DNA of 64,000 nucleotides from an uncultured Candidatus Saccharibacteria bacterium. Lineage in GTDB: Bacteria; Patescibacteriota; Saccharimonadia; Saccharimonadales; JAGQNJ01. Shown one piece after another: positions 1 through 9,221 of the stretch; position 1 is the first letter of the stretch, and the number at the start of each line of letters is the position of its first letter. The notes beneath the pieces are model-generated. The model worked only from the letters and a program-made list of their open reading frames with translations, had not been told where the DNA came from and ran no database searches. Location: contig CAZPVO010000002.1 of assembly GCA_964590205.1 (NCBI GenBank), positions 1,005 through 65,004 on the forward strand. The letters are read 5' to 3'. Both the position numbers and the translations under genes were made by a program.

Positions 1-155
1 ATAAAATACGCTGCCTGGTATTTCGGTGCGGTTTCACTCAGAACAATTTCAAAACCTTTTTGCTCATAATACTGAAGCAAACCGATAGCGTCTTTTGCCA
101 AAGAAATTGGAAAGTCATGCAAATTGGCCGTCGTTATTTTCTCAACATGCATCAT
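1..155 (-). CDS. hypothetical protein, 5' fragment (gene runs off the window start)
   Basis: Minus-strand ATGATG at 155/152, open to position 1 (MMHVEKITTANLHDFPISLAKDAIGLLQYYEQKGFEIVLSETAPKYQAAY...). Absent from the ORF track because it is truncated. No family recognised. Confidence 0.3.
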   Translation of the reverse strand, partial: MMHVEKITTANLHDFPISLAKDAIGLLQYYEQKGFEIVLSETAPKYQAAYF

Positions 156-200
156 GGCCATATGGTACCCCACTTACAACAGTAGTGAAAGCACAAAATT

Positions 201-314
201 TTACTTGGAGTGGAGAACGCGCAGGTATACGAAAACAATGGCAACCACGATCAGAAGAACCATAAAAATAATCAGCGGAATAAAGCCATATTGGTTTTGC
301 TTAAGTTTTGTCAT
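201..314 (-). CDS. small single-pass membrane protein (37 aa)
   Basis: Own translation: MTKLKQNQYGFIPLIIFMVLLIVVAIVFVYLRVLHSK, with one clear hydrophobic helix. Below the ORF-track size cut-off. Lies in the gap before the GGDEF gene. Confidence 0.3.
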   Translation of the reverse strand: MTKLKQNQYGFIPLIIFMVLLIVVAIVFVYLRVLHSK

Positions 315-365
315 GTTGATATTATTATAGATAGAAAATTAAAAAATAAAAACTTCATTACGCTT

Positions 366-1199
366 ATGATGACTGATGATCAACCCAATACTAACGAACT
401 CCACCGCATCGCCGATATGGGTATTGATATGCCGGCAGATAATGTGTCACCAACTCCCGATCGTTTTGGGGATGGATCAGTAATGGAACAACAGGCATAT
501 GAAATGGCTTTTAGAGGCGCAAAAGCAATTGTTGATGGTATGCAGTCCAAGAAGGAATTGGAACAACTGCAGAGTGAAGGCGAAGAAAAAGACGCCATTA
601 TTGGTTTGCACGAGATTGAAAAAGCAGACCTTGAATACAAGGCAACACACGATCGGCAAACTGATATTTTGAACCGTGCTGCTTTTCTAGAACAAGCCAG
701 TCGTAGGATAGGTCACGTACGGCGACGAGAAGATCGCGGTCGTAAGCATACCCTGGCAATCTGTGATCTTGATAATTTTAAAGGCGTAAATGATACATAC
801 GGGCACAGTGGCGGTGACGAAGTTCTTGATAAAACAGTTAAGGTTCTGGTTTCTCAACTTCATCAGGCCATTCGTGAAGGGCTAATTTCTGACGGACTTG
901 TTTGTCGGTTTGGTGGAGACGAACTTAGTTTACTGCTTCAAGATGCCCCAAGAGAAAGTTCTGAAAAAGTATTAAAGCGAATTCAAAAGCTCGTGAATGC
1001 AATCTCTATTCGAGAAAAAAGAGGTATTGGTCTAACTATTGGCGCGATCGAGGCAGACCAAGGTGCCCGCGTTTCTGATATGCTCGATGAAGCTGACACT
1101 GCGTTATATAAAGGCAAGCGGACAAACGGGAAAAATCAAGTTATATTCGTAAACCCCAATGGTGATGATGAAGATACCGGGCGTCGGCAAGGCGACTAA
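366..1199 (+). CDS. GGDEF-domain diguanylate cyclase (GGDEL variant)
   Basis: [21 protein letters not shown] and [11 protein letters not shown] motifs. Start moved to the ATGATG at 366 because the upstream part of the track ORF is low-complexity and overlaps a minus-strand small ORF. Confidence 0.8.
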   Translation: MMTDDQPNTNELHRIADMGIDMPADNVSPTPDRFGDGSVMEQQAYEMAFRGAKAIVDGMQSKKELEQLQSEGEEKDAIIGLHEIEKADLEYKATHDRQTDILNRAAFLEQASRRIGHVRRREDRGRKHTLAICDLDNFKGVNDTYGHSGGDEVLDKTVKVLVSQLHQAIREGLISDGLVCRFGGDELSLLLQDAPRESSEKVLKRIQKLVNAISIREKRGIGLTIGAIEADQGARVSDMLDEADTALYKGKRTNGKNQVIFVNPNGDDEDTGRRQGD

Positions 1200-2308
1200 T
1201 TCCAGAGTTTGCCTTTGTGATTTTCAAATTCTTCGAGTAATTCGCGCTGCTTGCGAGTTAACTTTTGAGGTGTGTCGACGATCACAGTCACAATGTGAGC
1301 ACCGCGATTTTTTGAATTTATGTGTGGTACACCGTGTCCTGACAATTTAAAGTCGGTGCCGCTGTGCGTACCTGTCGGAATTTTCATCGTGACTGGACCA
1401 TCAACTGTGGCGACTTCAATTTCTGTGCCAAGTGCCGCATCAATCATGCTGATGTGCTGTTCGCTCAAAATCAAATCGCCTTCACGCGTGAACTTTTTAT
1501 CCGGCTTAACACGTATATTCACGTACAGGTCACCCTTTGGTCCGTTGGCAACAGCTTCGCCGCGTTCGCGAAGTCGAATTGTTGCACCATCATCAATACC
1601 GGCTGGAACTTTGAGTTTGATTTCTTGTTTCTTAGGCTGAACACCTTTACCGTGACAAACTGTGCAGACTTTTTCAGGAACTTTTCCTGCGCCATGACAA
1701 GTTGGACAAACGCTGGCTTGTTGAATATTCCCAAAAACAGTACGAGTTACTGAAACAACCTGGCCGGAACCTTTGCAGGTTTCGCATGTTTTAAGCTCAT
1801 AACCAGGTTCGACAGTTTTGCCTTTGCAATGTTCGCAGGTGTCTTCAATGTCTAGGTGCAGATCTATTTCGGTGCCAAAAACCGCTTCTTCAAATGTGAG
1901 ATCAACATTTGTCTGTATATCGTGCCCGCGCGATTGTCGCTGATTACCACGACGCCCCCCGCCAAAGCCACCACCAAAAAAGTTCTCAAAAATATCACCC
2001 AGTCCCAGATCACCAAAATCAAAGTGCATGTTCTGTCCGCCGCCACCAAATGGATTACCGCCCGCGAATGGGTTGCCGTCACTGGCCGCAGAGCTCCCTA
2101 CTCCGGCATGACCAAACTGATCATAACGTTGGCGCTTGTTTGAATCTTTTAATACTTCGTACGCTTCATTAATTTCTTTAAATTTGGCTTCGTCACCACC
2201 TTTGTCAGGATGGTGTTCAACAGCAGCCTTGCGGAAAGCCTTTTTGATTTCGTCGGCACTAGCTGATTTACCAACGCCTAAAACTTCGTAATAATCACGC
2301 TTGGCCAC
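1196..2308 (-). CDS. dnaJ: chaperone DnaJ
   Basis: J domain ([10 protein letters not shown]...HPDK), G/F-rich linker and four CxxCxGxG zinc-finger repeats. GTG start at 2308 preceded by AGGAGG; the track ATG at 2362 would add a non-J-domain extension. Confidence 0.95.
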   Translation of the reverse strand: MAKRDYYEVLGVGKSASADEIKKAFRKAAVEHHPDKGGDEAKFKEINEAYEVLKDSNKRQRYDQFGHAGVGSSAASDGNPFAGGNPFGGGGQNMHFDFGDLGLGDIFENFFGGGFGGGRRGNQRQSRGHDIQTNVDLTFEEAVFGTEIDLHLDIEDTCEHCKGKTVEPGYELKTCETCKGSGQVVSVTRTVFGNIQQASVCPTCHGAGKVPEKVCTVCHGKGVQPKKQEIKLKVPAGIDDGATIRLRERGEAVANGPKGDLYVNIRVKPDKKFTREGDLILSEQHISMIDAALGTEIEVATVDGPVTMKIPTGTHSGTDFKLSGHGVPHINSKNRGAHIVTVIVDTPQKLTRKQRELLEEFENHKGKLWN

Positions 2309-2564
2309 CAGAAGCCTCCTGCATAATTTGATCTTCACAAATTTGAAAAGCTCGCTCGACATCTTCTGGCTCGGTTAGAGAATATTTTTCAGCAATATCA
2401 ACTGAGAGATCTGCATGGTCAGTTGTCTCAGCAATTTCTGTTGGTATTAAAAGTGTATAACCAAGGTGCAACCACTCAAGGGTACCTCGAAGTTTCGTAT
2501 CTTGAGCTGCTTCATGAACAGCAATGTCCCTAAACCTGGCTTCAAAATCAATTGCTTCAGCCAT
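2295..2564 (-). CDS. hypothetical acidic protein (89 aa) inside the heat-shock operon
   Basis: ORF starting [11 protein letters not shown]. Overlaps the dnaJ start by 14 nt and the upstream ORF by 8 nt. No family recognised. Confidence 0.45.
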   Translation of the reverse strand: MAEAIDFEARFRDIAVHEAAQDTKLRGTLEWLHLGYTLLIPTEIAETTDHADLSVDIAEKYSLTEPEDVERAFQICEDQIMQEASGGQA

Positions 2565-2805
2565 TGTTATCTCCACGAATTGCGTCACGAGACATGTCGA
2601 ATACTTGCTGCATTTGATCTTCACTAAGCTCGAATTCAGTTCTTACTGCTTCTGCCATTCCGTAAGCATCCGGCTCATCATCAAAATCCAACCGAATTAT
2701 TTTTTTAATAAATAAGTGTCTGGCTGCTTCTTCAACCCAGTTAACAGTAGCGTCAACGTAGCGCCGTCTTGCTGCATCGTAAGCTGATTCATCAAACTTA
2801 TCCAT
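2557..2805 (-). CDS. hypothetical acidic protein (82 aa)
   Basis: ORF MDKFDESAYDAARRRY..., tightly packed between the SemiSWEET-like gene and the next small ORF. No family recognised. Confidence 0.5.
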   Translation of the reverse strand: MDKFDESAYDAARRRYVDATVNWVEEAARHLFIKKIIRLDFDDEPDAYGMAEAVRTEFELSEDQMQQVFDMSRDAIRGDNNG

Positions 2806-3070
2806 ATATTAATATTCCTACGACAATGCTCATTTGCAAAGTAAACCACAGAATTTGGGTGATCCAAACAGGCTTTAAGTTGTGCGCGATTCCATATGCT
2901 AAAAAGGCAAGCCCGAGTACTGCATATCCAGCCCAGGTAATTATAGAAAGTCCTGCCACACTCTGTGTGCTATAAACTTTCCAAACTTGTGGAACAGTCA
3001 TGAGTGGCTGAAGCACACCAGCCACTAAAGCAATTTTTTCAGTTAGTTTTTTGTAATCGCGCTCAGCCAT
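2798..3070 (-). CDS. SemiSWEET / PQ-loop family small transporter (3 TM)
   Basis: About 90 aa with three hydrophobic helices and a PQ motif (LMTVPQVWKVY). ATG at 3070 overlaps the upstream stop (ATGGCTGA). Confidence 0.6.
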   Translation of the reverse strand: MAERDYKKLTEKIALVAGVLQPLMTVPQVWKVYSTQSVAGLSIITWAGYAVLGLAFLAYGIAHNLKPVWITQILWFTLQMSIVVGILIYG

Positions 3071-3296
3071 TTTGGCATCCTTCAAGTCTGCGACGTACAC
3101 AAATCAAGCTTTCATCAATGTGTCTTGGGTCTACATCCTCAGATGCATATGCTTCTTTCAATTCTGCTTGAGCATCAGGATCGCCCAGAATACTTCTAGC
3201 AATCGTCAGCCCATGTCGCCATGTACTAATGGACGCTCTGGGACTATTCTCACAAAGCGTCCAATATTCACATTCTGAACAAGGGCTTTCAGGCAT
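3063..3296 (-). CDS. hypothetical Cys-containing protein (77 aa)
   Basis: [22 protein letters not shown]... begins directly at the dnaK stop. No family recognised. Confidence 0.5.
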   Translation of the reverse strand: MPESPCSECEYWTLCENSPRASISTWRHGLTIARSILGDPDAQAELKEAYASEDVDPRHIDESLICVRRRLEGCQNG

Positions 3297-5221
3297 TATT
3301 TTTCCTTTTTGTCGTCTGGTTTTTCATCGACGACTTCGCCTTCAACTGGTTCGTCTTTTTTATCGTCGTCCGGTTTTTCATCATCTGAATCGTCTTCTGC
3401 GCCAGCTTCTTTTTGAGCTTGTTCGTACATTTTCGCACCGATTGGCATGAGTTTGTCGTTGAGTTCTTTAGCGGCTGCCTCAAGCGCATCTTTGTCCGCA
3501 GACTCATCAGCCAAAACTTTTTTAGCTGCTTCAACCGCTTCGTCTAACGCCTTTACATCATCTTCACTCAATTTGTCTTTGTTGTCAGTCTTTAGCTTAT
3601 CGGCTTGGTAGACAGCGCCATCAAGTTGATTTCGAACTTCAATGGCTTCACGCTTTTTCTTGTCGTCCTCGGCATGAGCTTCAGCTTCTTTGGCTGCTTT
3701 TTCGATATCGTCTTTACTCAAGTTTCCGCTGTTTTGGATGGTAATACTTTGCTCTTTACCGGTTCCCTTGTCCTTGGCAGTCACATTTAAAATTCCATTG
3801 GCGTCCAGATTGAATGTAACTTCAATTTGCGGCACACCACGTGGTGCTGGAGGAATTCCATCAAGCACGAACCGTCCTAAACTTTTGTTGTCGGCAACCA
3901 TTTCGCGCTCACCTTGCACAACATGAATCTCAACCTGGTTCTGATTATCAGCCGCTGTTGAGAACACTTCGCTCTTAGATGTTGGAATAGTTGTATTGCG
4001 TTCAATCAGTTTGGTGGCAACGCTACCAAGTGTTTCAAGACCAAGACTAAGTGGTGTTACGTCGAGCAACAACACATCTTTAACGTCACCCTGCAATACG
4101 CCGCCTTGAATAGCAGCACCAACGGCAACAACTTCGTCCGGGTTCACACCCTGCTTTGGATCTTTACCAAAAATCTTCTTCACTTTTTCGATCACAGCTG
4201 GCATTCGAGTCATTCCACCAACCAAAATCACTTCGTTGATGTCTTTTGCATCAAGCTTGGCATCTTTCAAAGCTTTTTTGCATGGGTCTTCAGTTTTATC
4301 GATCATGTCTTGCACGAGTTCAACCAATTTGGCACGAGTTAGTTTGTACTCAAAGTGCTTTGGCCCCTCACTATCAGCCGTCAAGAATGGCAAGTTAATG
4401 TCAGCAACTTCAGTAGTAGATAGTTCTTTCTTGGCTTTTTCGGCTTCTTCTTTAAGCCTTTGCATAGCAGCCTTGTCTTTTTTAACGTCAATGCCGGACT
4501 CTTTTTTGAACTCATCCACAAAATGGTTCACTATCTTAAGGTCGAAATCTTCACCACCAAGATGCGTGTCACCATTGGTTGCAAGCACTTCGAACACGCC
4601 GTCACCCAACTGCAAAATAGAAACGTCGAATGTTCCACCACCAAGGTCAAACACGGCAATTTTTTCTTCTTTACCTTTGTCGAGACCGTAAGCTAGTGCA
4701 GCGGCAGTCGGTTCGTTAATAATTCGCTTAACTTCAAGACCAGCAATTTTTCCAGCATCTTTAGTAGCTTGACGCTGGGCGTCGTCAAAGTAAGCCGGCA
4801 CAGTAATGACCGCTTCACTGACTGATTCGCCCAAGAAAGCCTCGGCGTCAGCTTTGAGCTTGCCAAGGATCATAGCGCTAACTTCTTCTGGGCTATACTC
4901 TTTGTCACCCATTTTTACTTTTACGCCATTGCCGCTTTTGACAATTTCGTACGGCATCAGCTCAAGATCTTTTTGAACTTCTTTGTCAGCAAAACGCCGG
5001 CCAATCAGCCGCTTCACACCAAAAATTGTATTTTTTGGATTTGTCACACGCTGACGATTGGCAACTTGACCAACCAAGCGCTCGTTATTCTTATTAATCG
5101 CAACCACACTTGGTGTCGTGCGATTTCCCTCGCTGTTGGCAATAATTTCAGGCTTACCTGATTGCATTACAGCCATTGCTGAGTTTGTTGTTCCTAAATC
5201 AATTCCTATAATTTTTCCCAT
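3296..5221 (-). CDS. dnaK: chaperone DnaK (Hsp70)
   Basis: Full-length Hsp70 signatures ([29 protein letters not shown]), an acidic C-terminal tail, and RBS AAAGGAG upstream. Confidence 0.98.
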   Translation of the reverse strand: MGKIIGIDLGTTNSAMAVMQSGKPEIIANSEGNRTTPSVVAINKNNERLVGQVANRQRVTNPKNTIFGVKRLIGRRFADKEVQKDLELMPYEIVKSGNGVKVKMGDKEYSPEEVSAMILGKLKADAEAFLGESVSEAVITVPAYFDDAQRQATKDAGKIAGLEVKRIINEPTAAALAYGLDKGKEEKIAVFDLGGGTFDVSILQLGDGVFEVLATNGDTHLGGEDFDLKIVNHFVDEFKKESGIDVKKDKAAMQRLKEEAEKAKKELSTTEVADINLPFLTADSEGPKHFEYKLTRAKLVELVQDMIDKTEDPCKKALKDAKLDAKDINEVILVGGMTRMPAVIEKVKKIFGKDPKQGVNPDEVVAVGAAIQGGVLQGDVKDVLLLDVTPLSLGLETLGSVATKLIERNTTIPTSKSEVFSTAADNQNQVEIHVVQGEREMVADNKSLGRFVLDGIPPAPRGVPQIEVTFNLDANGILNVTAKDKGTGKEQSITIQNSGNLSKDDIEKAAKEAEAHAEDDKKKREAIEVRNQLDGAVYQADKLKTDNKDKLSEDDVKALDEAVEAAKKVLADESADKDALEAAAKELNDKLMPIGAKMYEQAQKEAGAEDDSDDEKPDDDKKDEPVEGEVVDEKPDDKKEK

Positions 5222-5236
5222 TGGTTACTCCTTTCG

Positions 5237-5506
5237 TTATGCCATGTCCCATTGATTTTCTAAACTTGCCCTGGCAGCTTGATCTGCAATATCTGCTGCT
5301 ACTTGTCCAAGATATTGTTCGTACTTAAATTGATGGTACGGTGGTAATTCACCTGATGCCATCTTGCGATGATTCTCGGCCATGTTGTCTGAAAAATAAA
5401 CTCCTCCAACGTAAAAGCCTCGAGCAGTTTCTCCACCAAGTCGAACAGGAACACCTTGTTTTATTAATGATGTTTCGGGTTCGGTACTGATTGTTTCCAT
5501 GCTCAT
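5237..5506 (-). CDS. hypothetical protein (89 aa)
   Basis: ORF with a GGAG RBS 11 nt after the upstream stop. Lies between grpE and dnaK. No family recognised. Confidence 0.5.
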   Translation of the reverse strand: MSMETISTEPETSLIKQGVPVRLGGETARGFYVGGVYFSDNMAENHRKMASGELPPYHQFKYEQYLGQVAADIADQAARASLENQWDMA

Positions 5507-5517
5507 GTTATTTCTCC

Positions 5518-5856
5518 TTAATTATTAGGTTCTTCTTTTTCAAGTAAAGATAAAACGCTATTTGATCTTCGCAATGTATAAAATCGAGGGCAGTCGCCAT
5601 TAACTATCGTCGCTGCACATCCTTTGGCGGCTATAATTTGCTCTAAGCTAAACCCTTCTCTCCGCGCAAAACGCCTTGCAGCTTCTTCGCTGACTGCGCC
5701 CTCGGTTCCTGTTAAGTTTGCAATATACTGTGATACTAGAAGTTCACTATCAAGTTCGGTAACTCCAGGATTCAGTGTCTGATTAGCCATAGAGCATAAA
5801 TTAGGGCCACAGTTGTCAGCAACACCCGGACTGTGCAATATATCCGGCCTACTCAT
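5518..5856 (-). CDS. hypothetical Cys-containing protein (112 aa)
   Basis: The ATG at 5856 forms an ATGA overlap with the upstream ORF stop (MSRPDILHSPG...). No family recognised. Confidence 0.5.
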   Translation of the reverse strand: MSRPDILHSPGVADNCGPNLCSMANQTLNPGVTELDSELLVSQYIANLTGTEGAVSEEAARRFARREGFSLEQIIAAKGCAATIVNGDCPRFYTLRRSNSVLSLLEKEEPNN

Positions 5857-6131
5857 TTTGCAACCTCTACTTGTACACGACACTCACCTAGAGCTTGCTT
5901 GGAAACACATACTGAAAGCGCATCTCCAAACTCAGCCCCTTTGTTATTGGCGGCCGCTTGGATGGCTACGAGTAGACTGCAATCATAATCTCTGCCGTCC
6001 TGCGCCAATTGCGGATCAATTTTGCTCCTAGCATCGTTGACCATGTTCAAAAAGTCATCTGGCTCCATTGTTGCTTGAGCCTCATTTAGGTAACAGCCTG
6101 GGCACGGTTTAAATTCAGCTATCGCTTTCAT
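5853..6131 (-). CDS. hypothetical Cys-containing protein (92 aa)
   Basis: Start overlaps the grpE stop by 4 nt (MKAIAEFKPCPGCY...). No family recognised. Confidence 0.5.
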   Translation of the reverse strand: MKAIAEFKPCPGCYLNEAQATMEPDDFLNMVNDARSKIDPQLAQDGRDYDCSLLVAIQAAANNKGAEFGDALSVCVSKQALGECRVQVEVAK

Positions 6132-6598
6132 TTTGCCGACTCCATTTTGACTTTGACCATAGCGTGACGAATGACTTCACCATCAACGACGTAGCCAGGT
6201 TGAAGTTCCTCTGAGACGACTTCAACTGTGCCTTCGCCTTCTTCCATGCCCACTGCTTCGTGCAGGGCAGGGTCAAACACTTCGCCGACAGTCTTAATTT
6301 TGGTCACACCAAGATCTGTTAAAACTTTGTCGAATTGCTTGACTGTACCTTCCACGCCTTTGACATAATCGTTGCCTTCCAGTTCTTTAGGCACGTGCTT
6401 GAGTGCTCGCTCTAAATTATCAATCGCTGGTAAAAGCTCGCGAATTACCTTAGCTTTTACTACATTTTGAAGCGCAGCGTATTGCTCATCGTGGCGACGA
6501 CGGATGTTCTCAGCATCGGCACGTTCGCGCTGCAATGCTTCGGTCAGCTCATCAATTCTGTCAGCCAGTTCTTCAATATCTGGTTGCTTTTTACTCAT
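6128..6598 (-). CDS. grpE: nucleotide exchange factor GrpE
   Basis: GrpE-like coiled-coil plus C-terminal beta domain (LLPAIDNLERAL, FDPALHEAV). The ATG at 6598 overlaps the hrcA stop (ATGAGTAA). Confidence 0.9.
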   Translation of the reverse strand: MSKKQPDIEELADRIDELTEALQRERADAENIRRRHDEQYAALQNVVKAKVIRELLPAIDNLERALKHVPKELEGNDYVKGVEGTVKQFDKVLTDLGVTKIKTVGEVFDPALHEAVGMEEGEGTVEVVSEELQPGYVVDGEVIRHAMVKVKMESAK

Positions 6599-7313
6599 AC
6601 AACGCTCCCTCCAAGGCTTCGCCGGCCTGGCCAACAAGACTCATGACATTGCGATAACTTTGACGGGTTGGACCAAGCACACCGATGTAACTATGATCAG
6701 AGTACGGGCTGCGGAAGCGGCTGATTATCAACGTACACTCAGCGCCACGGCCGATTGGGTTTTCTGAACCAATGTACACACTAAGTGGTTTGTTTGGCGC
6801 AGCTTCTCGTAGCCATGGCTCCAAATTGTCCAGAAGCCTCGCAACCTCCTGGACTCTCGCCGCATTCATAAATTCTGGCTGGTTGAACAAATTACTCAGA
6901 CCACTCATGTATAACTGATTGCCAATCGTGGCAATACCAAGGTTGTGAGTTAGCTCTACCAAAGTTTCGACAGCGTTACGAATAGTTTGCTCAGGCACCC
7001 CTGTGCCTGATACACGTGCTGACAGCGCACGCTCGGCACGTTTTGCTGGAGCAATTTCCGGTTGTTCCTGAACCAAATTTACATAAAATCGATAACCTTT
7101 ATCGGTTGGGATTCGTCCAGCACTGGTATGTGGCTGTTTAATTAAACCTTTTCGCTCGAGTGACGCCATTTCAGCTCTAATAGTTGCCGAACTCACATTA
7201 AAAACTTTGGCCAGCAAACTACTACCAACAGGGGCCGCAACCTCTGCGTATTGCTCGACGATAGCGGCTAGAATTTTTTGCTGACGATCGGTCAGAGTAG
7301 CACTGTTATCCAT
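6591..7313 (-). CDS. hrcA: heat-inducible transcription repressor HrcA (short, 240 aa)
   Basis: N-terminal wHTH LTDRQQKILAAIVEQY...VGSSLLA...SSATIRAEMASLERKGLI..HTSAGRIPTDKGYRFYV. A CIRCE operator lies immediately upstream. Confidence 0.85.
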   Translation of the reverse strand: MDNSATLTDRQQKILAAIVEQYAEVAAPVGSSLLAKVFNVSSATIRAEMASLERKGLIKQPHTSAGRIPTDKGYRFYVNLVQEQPEIAPAKRAERALSARVSGTGVPEQTIRNAVETLVELTHNLGIATIGNQLYMSGLSNLFNQPEFMNAARVQEVARLLDNLEPWLREAAPNKPLSVYIGSENPIGRGAECTLIISRFRSPYSDHSYIGVLGPTRQSYRNVMSLVGQAGEALEGALYE

Positions 7314-7315
7314 AC

Positions 7316-7360
7316 AGTGCTAAGTATAGTGAGTTGGCACTCGCAAGTCAAGAGTGCTAA
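7316..7360 (-). promoter_or_regulatory. CIRCE operator (TTAGCACTC-N9-GAGTGCCAA) plus a third half-site
   Basis: Minus strand reads TTAGCACTC ttgacttgc GAGTGCCAA (7360-7334). A further TTAGCACT arm follows at 7323-7316, 10 nt downstream. Confidence 0.8.
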
Positions 7361-7388
7361 ATCTACCTTGTGGCCAGGTCTTTAACAA
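7360..7388 (-). promoter_or_regulatory. putative sigma-70-type promoter of the hrcA operon
   Basis: Minus strand TTGTTA-N17-TAGATT, abutting CIRCE. The -10 overlaps the stop codon of the upstream 336-aa gene. Confidence 0.45.
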
Positions 7389-8373
7389 CTTTGTAGCTTA
7401 GGTTACGGACTACTTTTGCAAGCGCTTCGTTGCTTGCCGTACCTTCTAAAGGTGCCATTTCTATCTCCTCATAAGGGGAAGTATATTGACCGTAAGCAAC
7501 TTCAGTTACTTGACCATCCACTACTGTTACTGCAGTCTTCCCAAAAGACTCAAGCATCCCAGAACGAGGAAGCTTATATACTTCAACGAGTGCAAATGTA
7601 TCGCGATCACCAGATTCATCATCTACTACTCTTGTATACAAAACGTTAATTGCACCCTTGGTCCTGGTTTTTGAGCTGTATGTCTCTTTCCCATTCTCTC
7701 TATTAAATCGACGAAGTGAGTTAACTATGTCTGCAACGTGCTCTTCATTTTGCATTCGTTGTTTTTCTTCGCGTCTTTCTTGGCGTGTTTGATTGGCCCC
7801 CGTCGCAATAGTTGCCAACTGCAACGCTCTGACTACTCGATCTAGAGGTAATATGCCATGATCTGATTGGTCTTTCCATTCTTCAATACGGTAAGCTGTC
7901 GCTTTTACGCCACGCTTAGTGCCAAAGCGAAAATCGTCAATCCATGAATTATTGTACTCGTAGCTGTGAAGTCCAGTTACTCTCCCGCGTTGTTCATCGT
8001 GCTGTAATACAATCTGAGTGTAGAGCTTATTAGGAATTGGAAAAGCAGTACGCCACACATTTACGACTGTTTTGTCAGGAGTCTTTGACACATGCCCTCG
8101 AATACCGCCCTCTTCATCATCAGTCAACGGTTTACCTTGCCAGTCACTATGAAATGGCCCCTCTGGTAGTTTCATTGTAAGTTCACCCACGCTTTGCCAT
8201 AGATATACAGATCGGGCCTTTTCAATAGCACTTTTTACACCTTGCCAACCCTCAGAAAAGGCTTCTGTGCCGATTGCGATTGCATCCGAAAGCATTTCTG
8301 CGCCAGTGCCTAAAGCCGCAGGAACTGCAACTGCCATTTCACCACCCGCTTCAATCATTGTTTTTGCACTCAT
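7363..8373 (-). CDS. hypothetical protein (336 aa)
   Basis: Long uninterrupted ORF. No family recognised. Confidence 0.6.
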   Translation of the reverse strand: MSAKTMIEAGGEMAVAVPAALGTGAEMLSDAIAIGTEAFSEGWQGVKSAIEKARSVYLWQSVGELTMKLPEGPFHSDWQGKPLTDDEEGGIRGHVSKTPDKTVVNVWRTAFPIPNKLYTQIVLQHDEQRGRVTGLHSYEYNNSWIDDFRFGTKRGVKATAYRIEEWKDQSDHGILPLDRVVRALQLATIATGANQTRQERREEKQRMQNEEHVADIVNSLRRFNRENGKETYSSKTRTKGAINVLYTRVVDDESGDRDTFALVEVYKLPRSGMLESFGKTAVTVVDGQVTEVAYGQYTSPYEEIEMAPLEGTASNEALAKVVRNLSYKVVKDLATR

Positions 8374-8470
8374 ATGATGAGCTTATGGGGTGATCTTTAA
8401 AATTGCAAGCGTGAGCAACATAAAATTTGTATACTTGCGCCCCTGTTAGTCTTTTCGTTATAATCTATCT

Positions 8471-9100
8471 ATGAACGCTCAAGCGAGCAATACGCAAATT
8501 CAATCAATCAAAGAGTGGCTTGGCAATGGATCAATTAATATTTTTGGCCGGCCGTTTGCCGGAAAAGATACTGTTTGTCGAAAATTAGCTGAGGTACTCG
8601 CTGCTGAAATAATCGGTGGTGGCGATATTATGCGCAACACACCCGAATTTGCGGCAACCCAAGCTAAAGTAGATGATGGCAGTCTAGCCCCGAGCGATGA
8701 GTTTCTGCAGATGATTACACCCGTATTTTCAAGAGAAGATCTTCAGGGTAAATCGCTTGTTTTAAGCTCTGTTGGCCGATGGGATGGTGAACAACAAGGC
8801 GTACTGGCAGCAGCTGAAAAGTCTGGACATACAATTAAATGTGTCGTCTATGTTGATATCACGGTAAATGAACTTCACAAGCGTTGGGAAGCTTCACGAC
8901 AACTTGCCGACAGGGGTGTACGAAAAGATGACGATGAGTCAGCACTCGATAAACGCATATCCGAATTCAACAATAAAACAGTTCCTGTTTTGGATTTCTA
9001 TAAACAAAAAGGGTTACTCGTTGAAGTAAACGGCATGAACAGCCGTGAGGAAGTTTTGCAAGAAATTCTAGACAAACTCGTTAGTCGTACTTCATCATAA
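8471..9100 (+). CDS. adenylate-kinase-family nucleotide kinase (divergent P-loop)
   Basis: INIFGRPFAGKDT...LAE.L.AEIIGGGDIMR aligns with the Adk N-terminus (GxPGxGKGT...GD.LR). A TATAAT box lies about 10 nt upstream of the start. Confidence 0.55.
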   Translation: MNAQASNTQIQSIKEWLGNGSINIFGRPFAGKDTVCRKLAEVLAAEIIGGGDIMRNTPEFAATQAKVDDGSLAPSDEFLQMITPVFSREDLQGKSLVLSSVGRWDGEQQGVLAAAEKSGHTIKCVVYVDITVNELHKRWEASRQLADRGVRKDDDESALDKRISEFNNKTVPVLDFYKQKGLLVEVNGMNSREEVLQEILDKLVSRTSS

Positions 9101-9221
9101 AACCTGTAGTTACACCCCTTGCTTTTTAGATAGGCCAGCAACCATATGCTTGTGATGCACTATGGCGGTGTGTTGGTAACGATTGCCTAACAGATTGTGA
9201 TGACAGTTGTGACGTGTTACA

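Noticed and set aside
3289-5161. Multiple ORFs antisense to or out of frame with dnaK (e.g. 3289-3534, 4236-4691)
   Set aside because: They are fully contained in the unmistakable Hsp70 gene. The translations are low-complexity or Ser/Leu-rich and lack RBS context.
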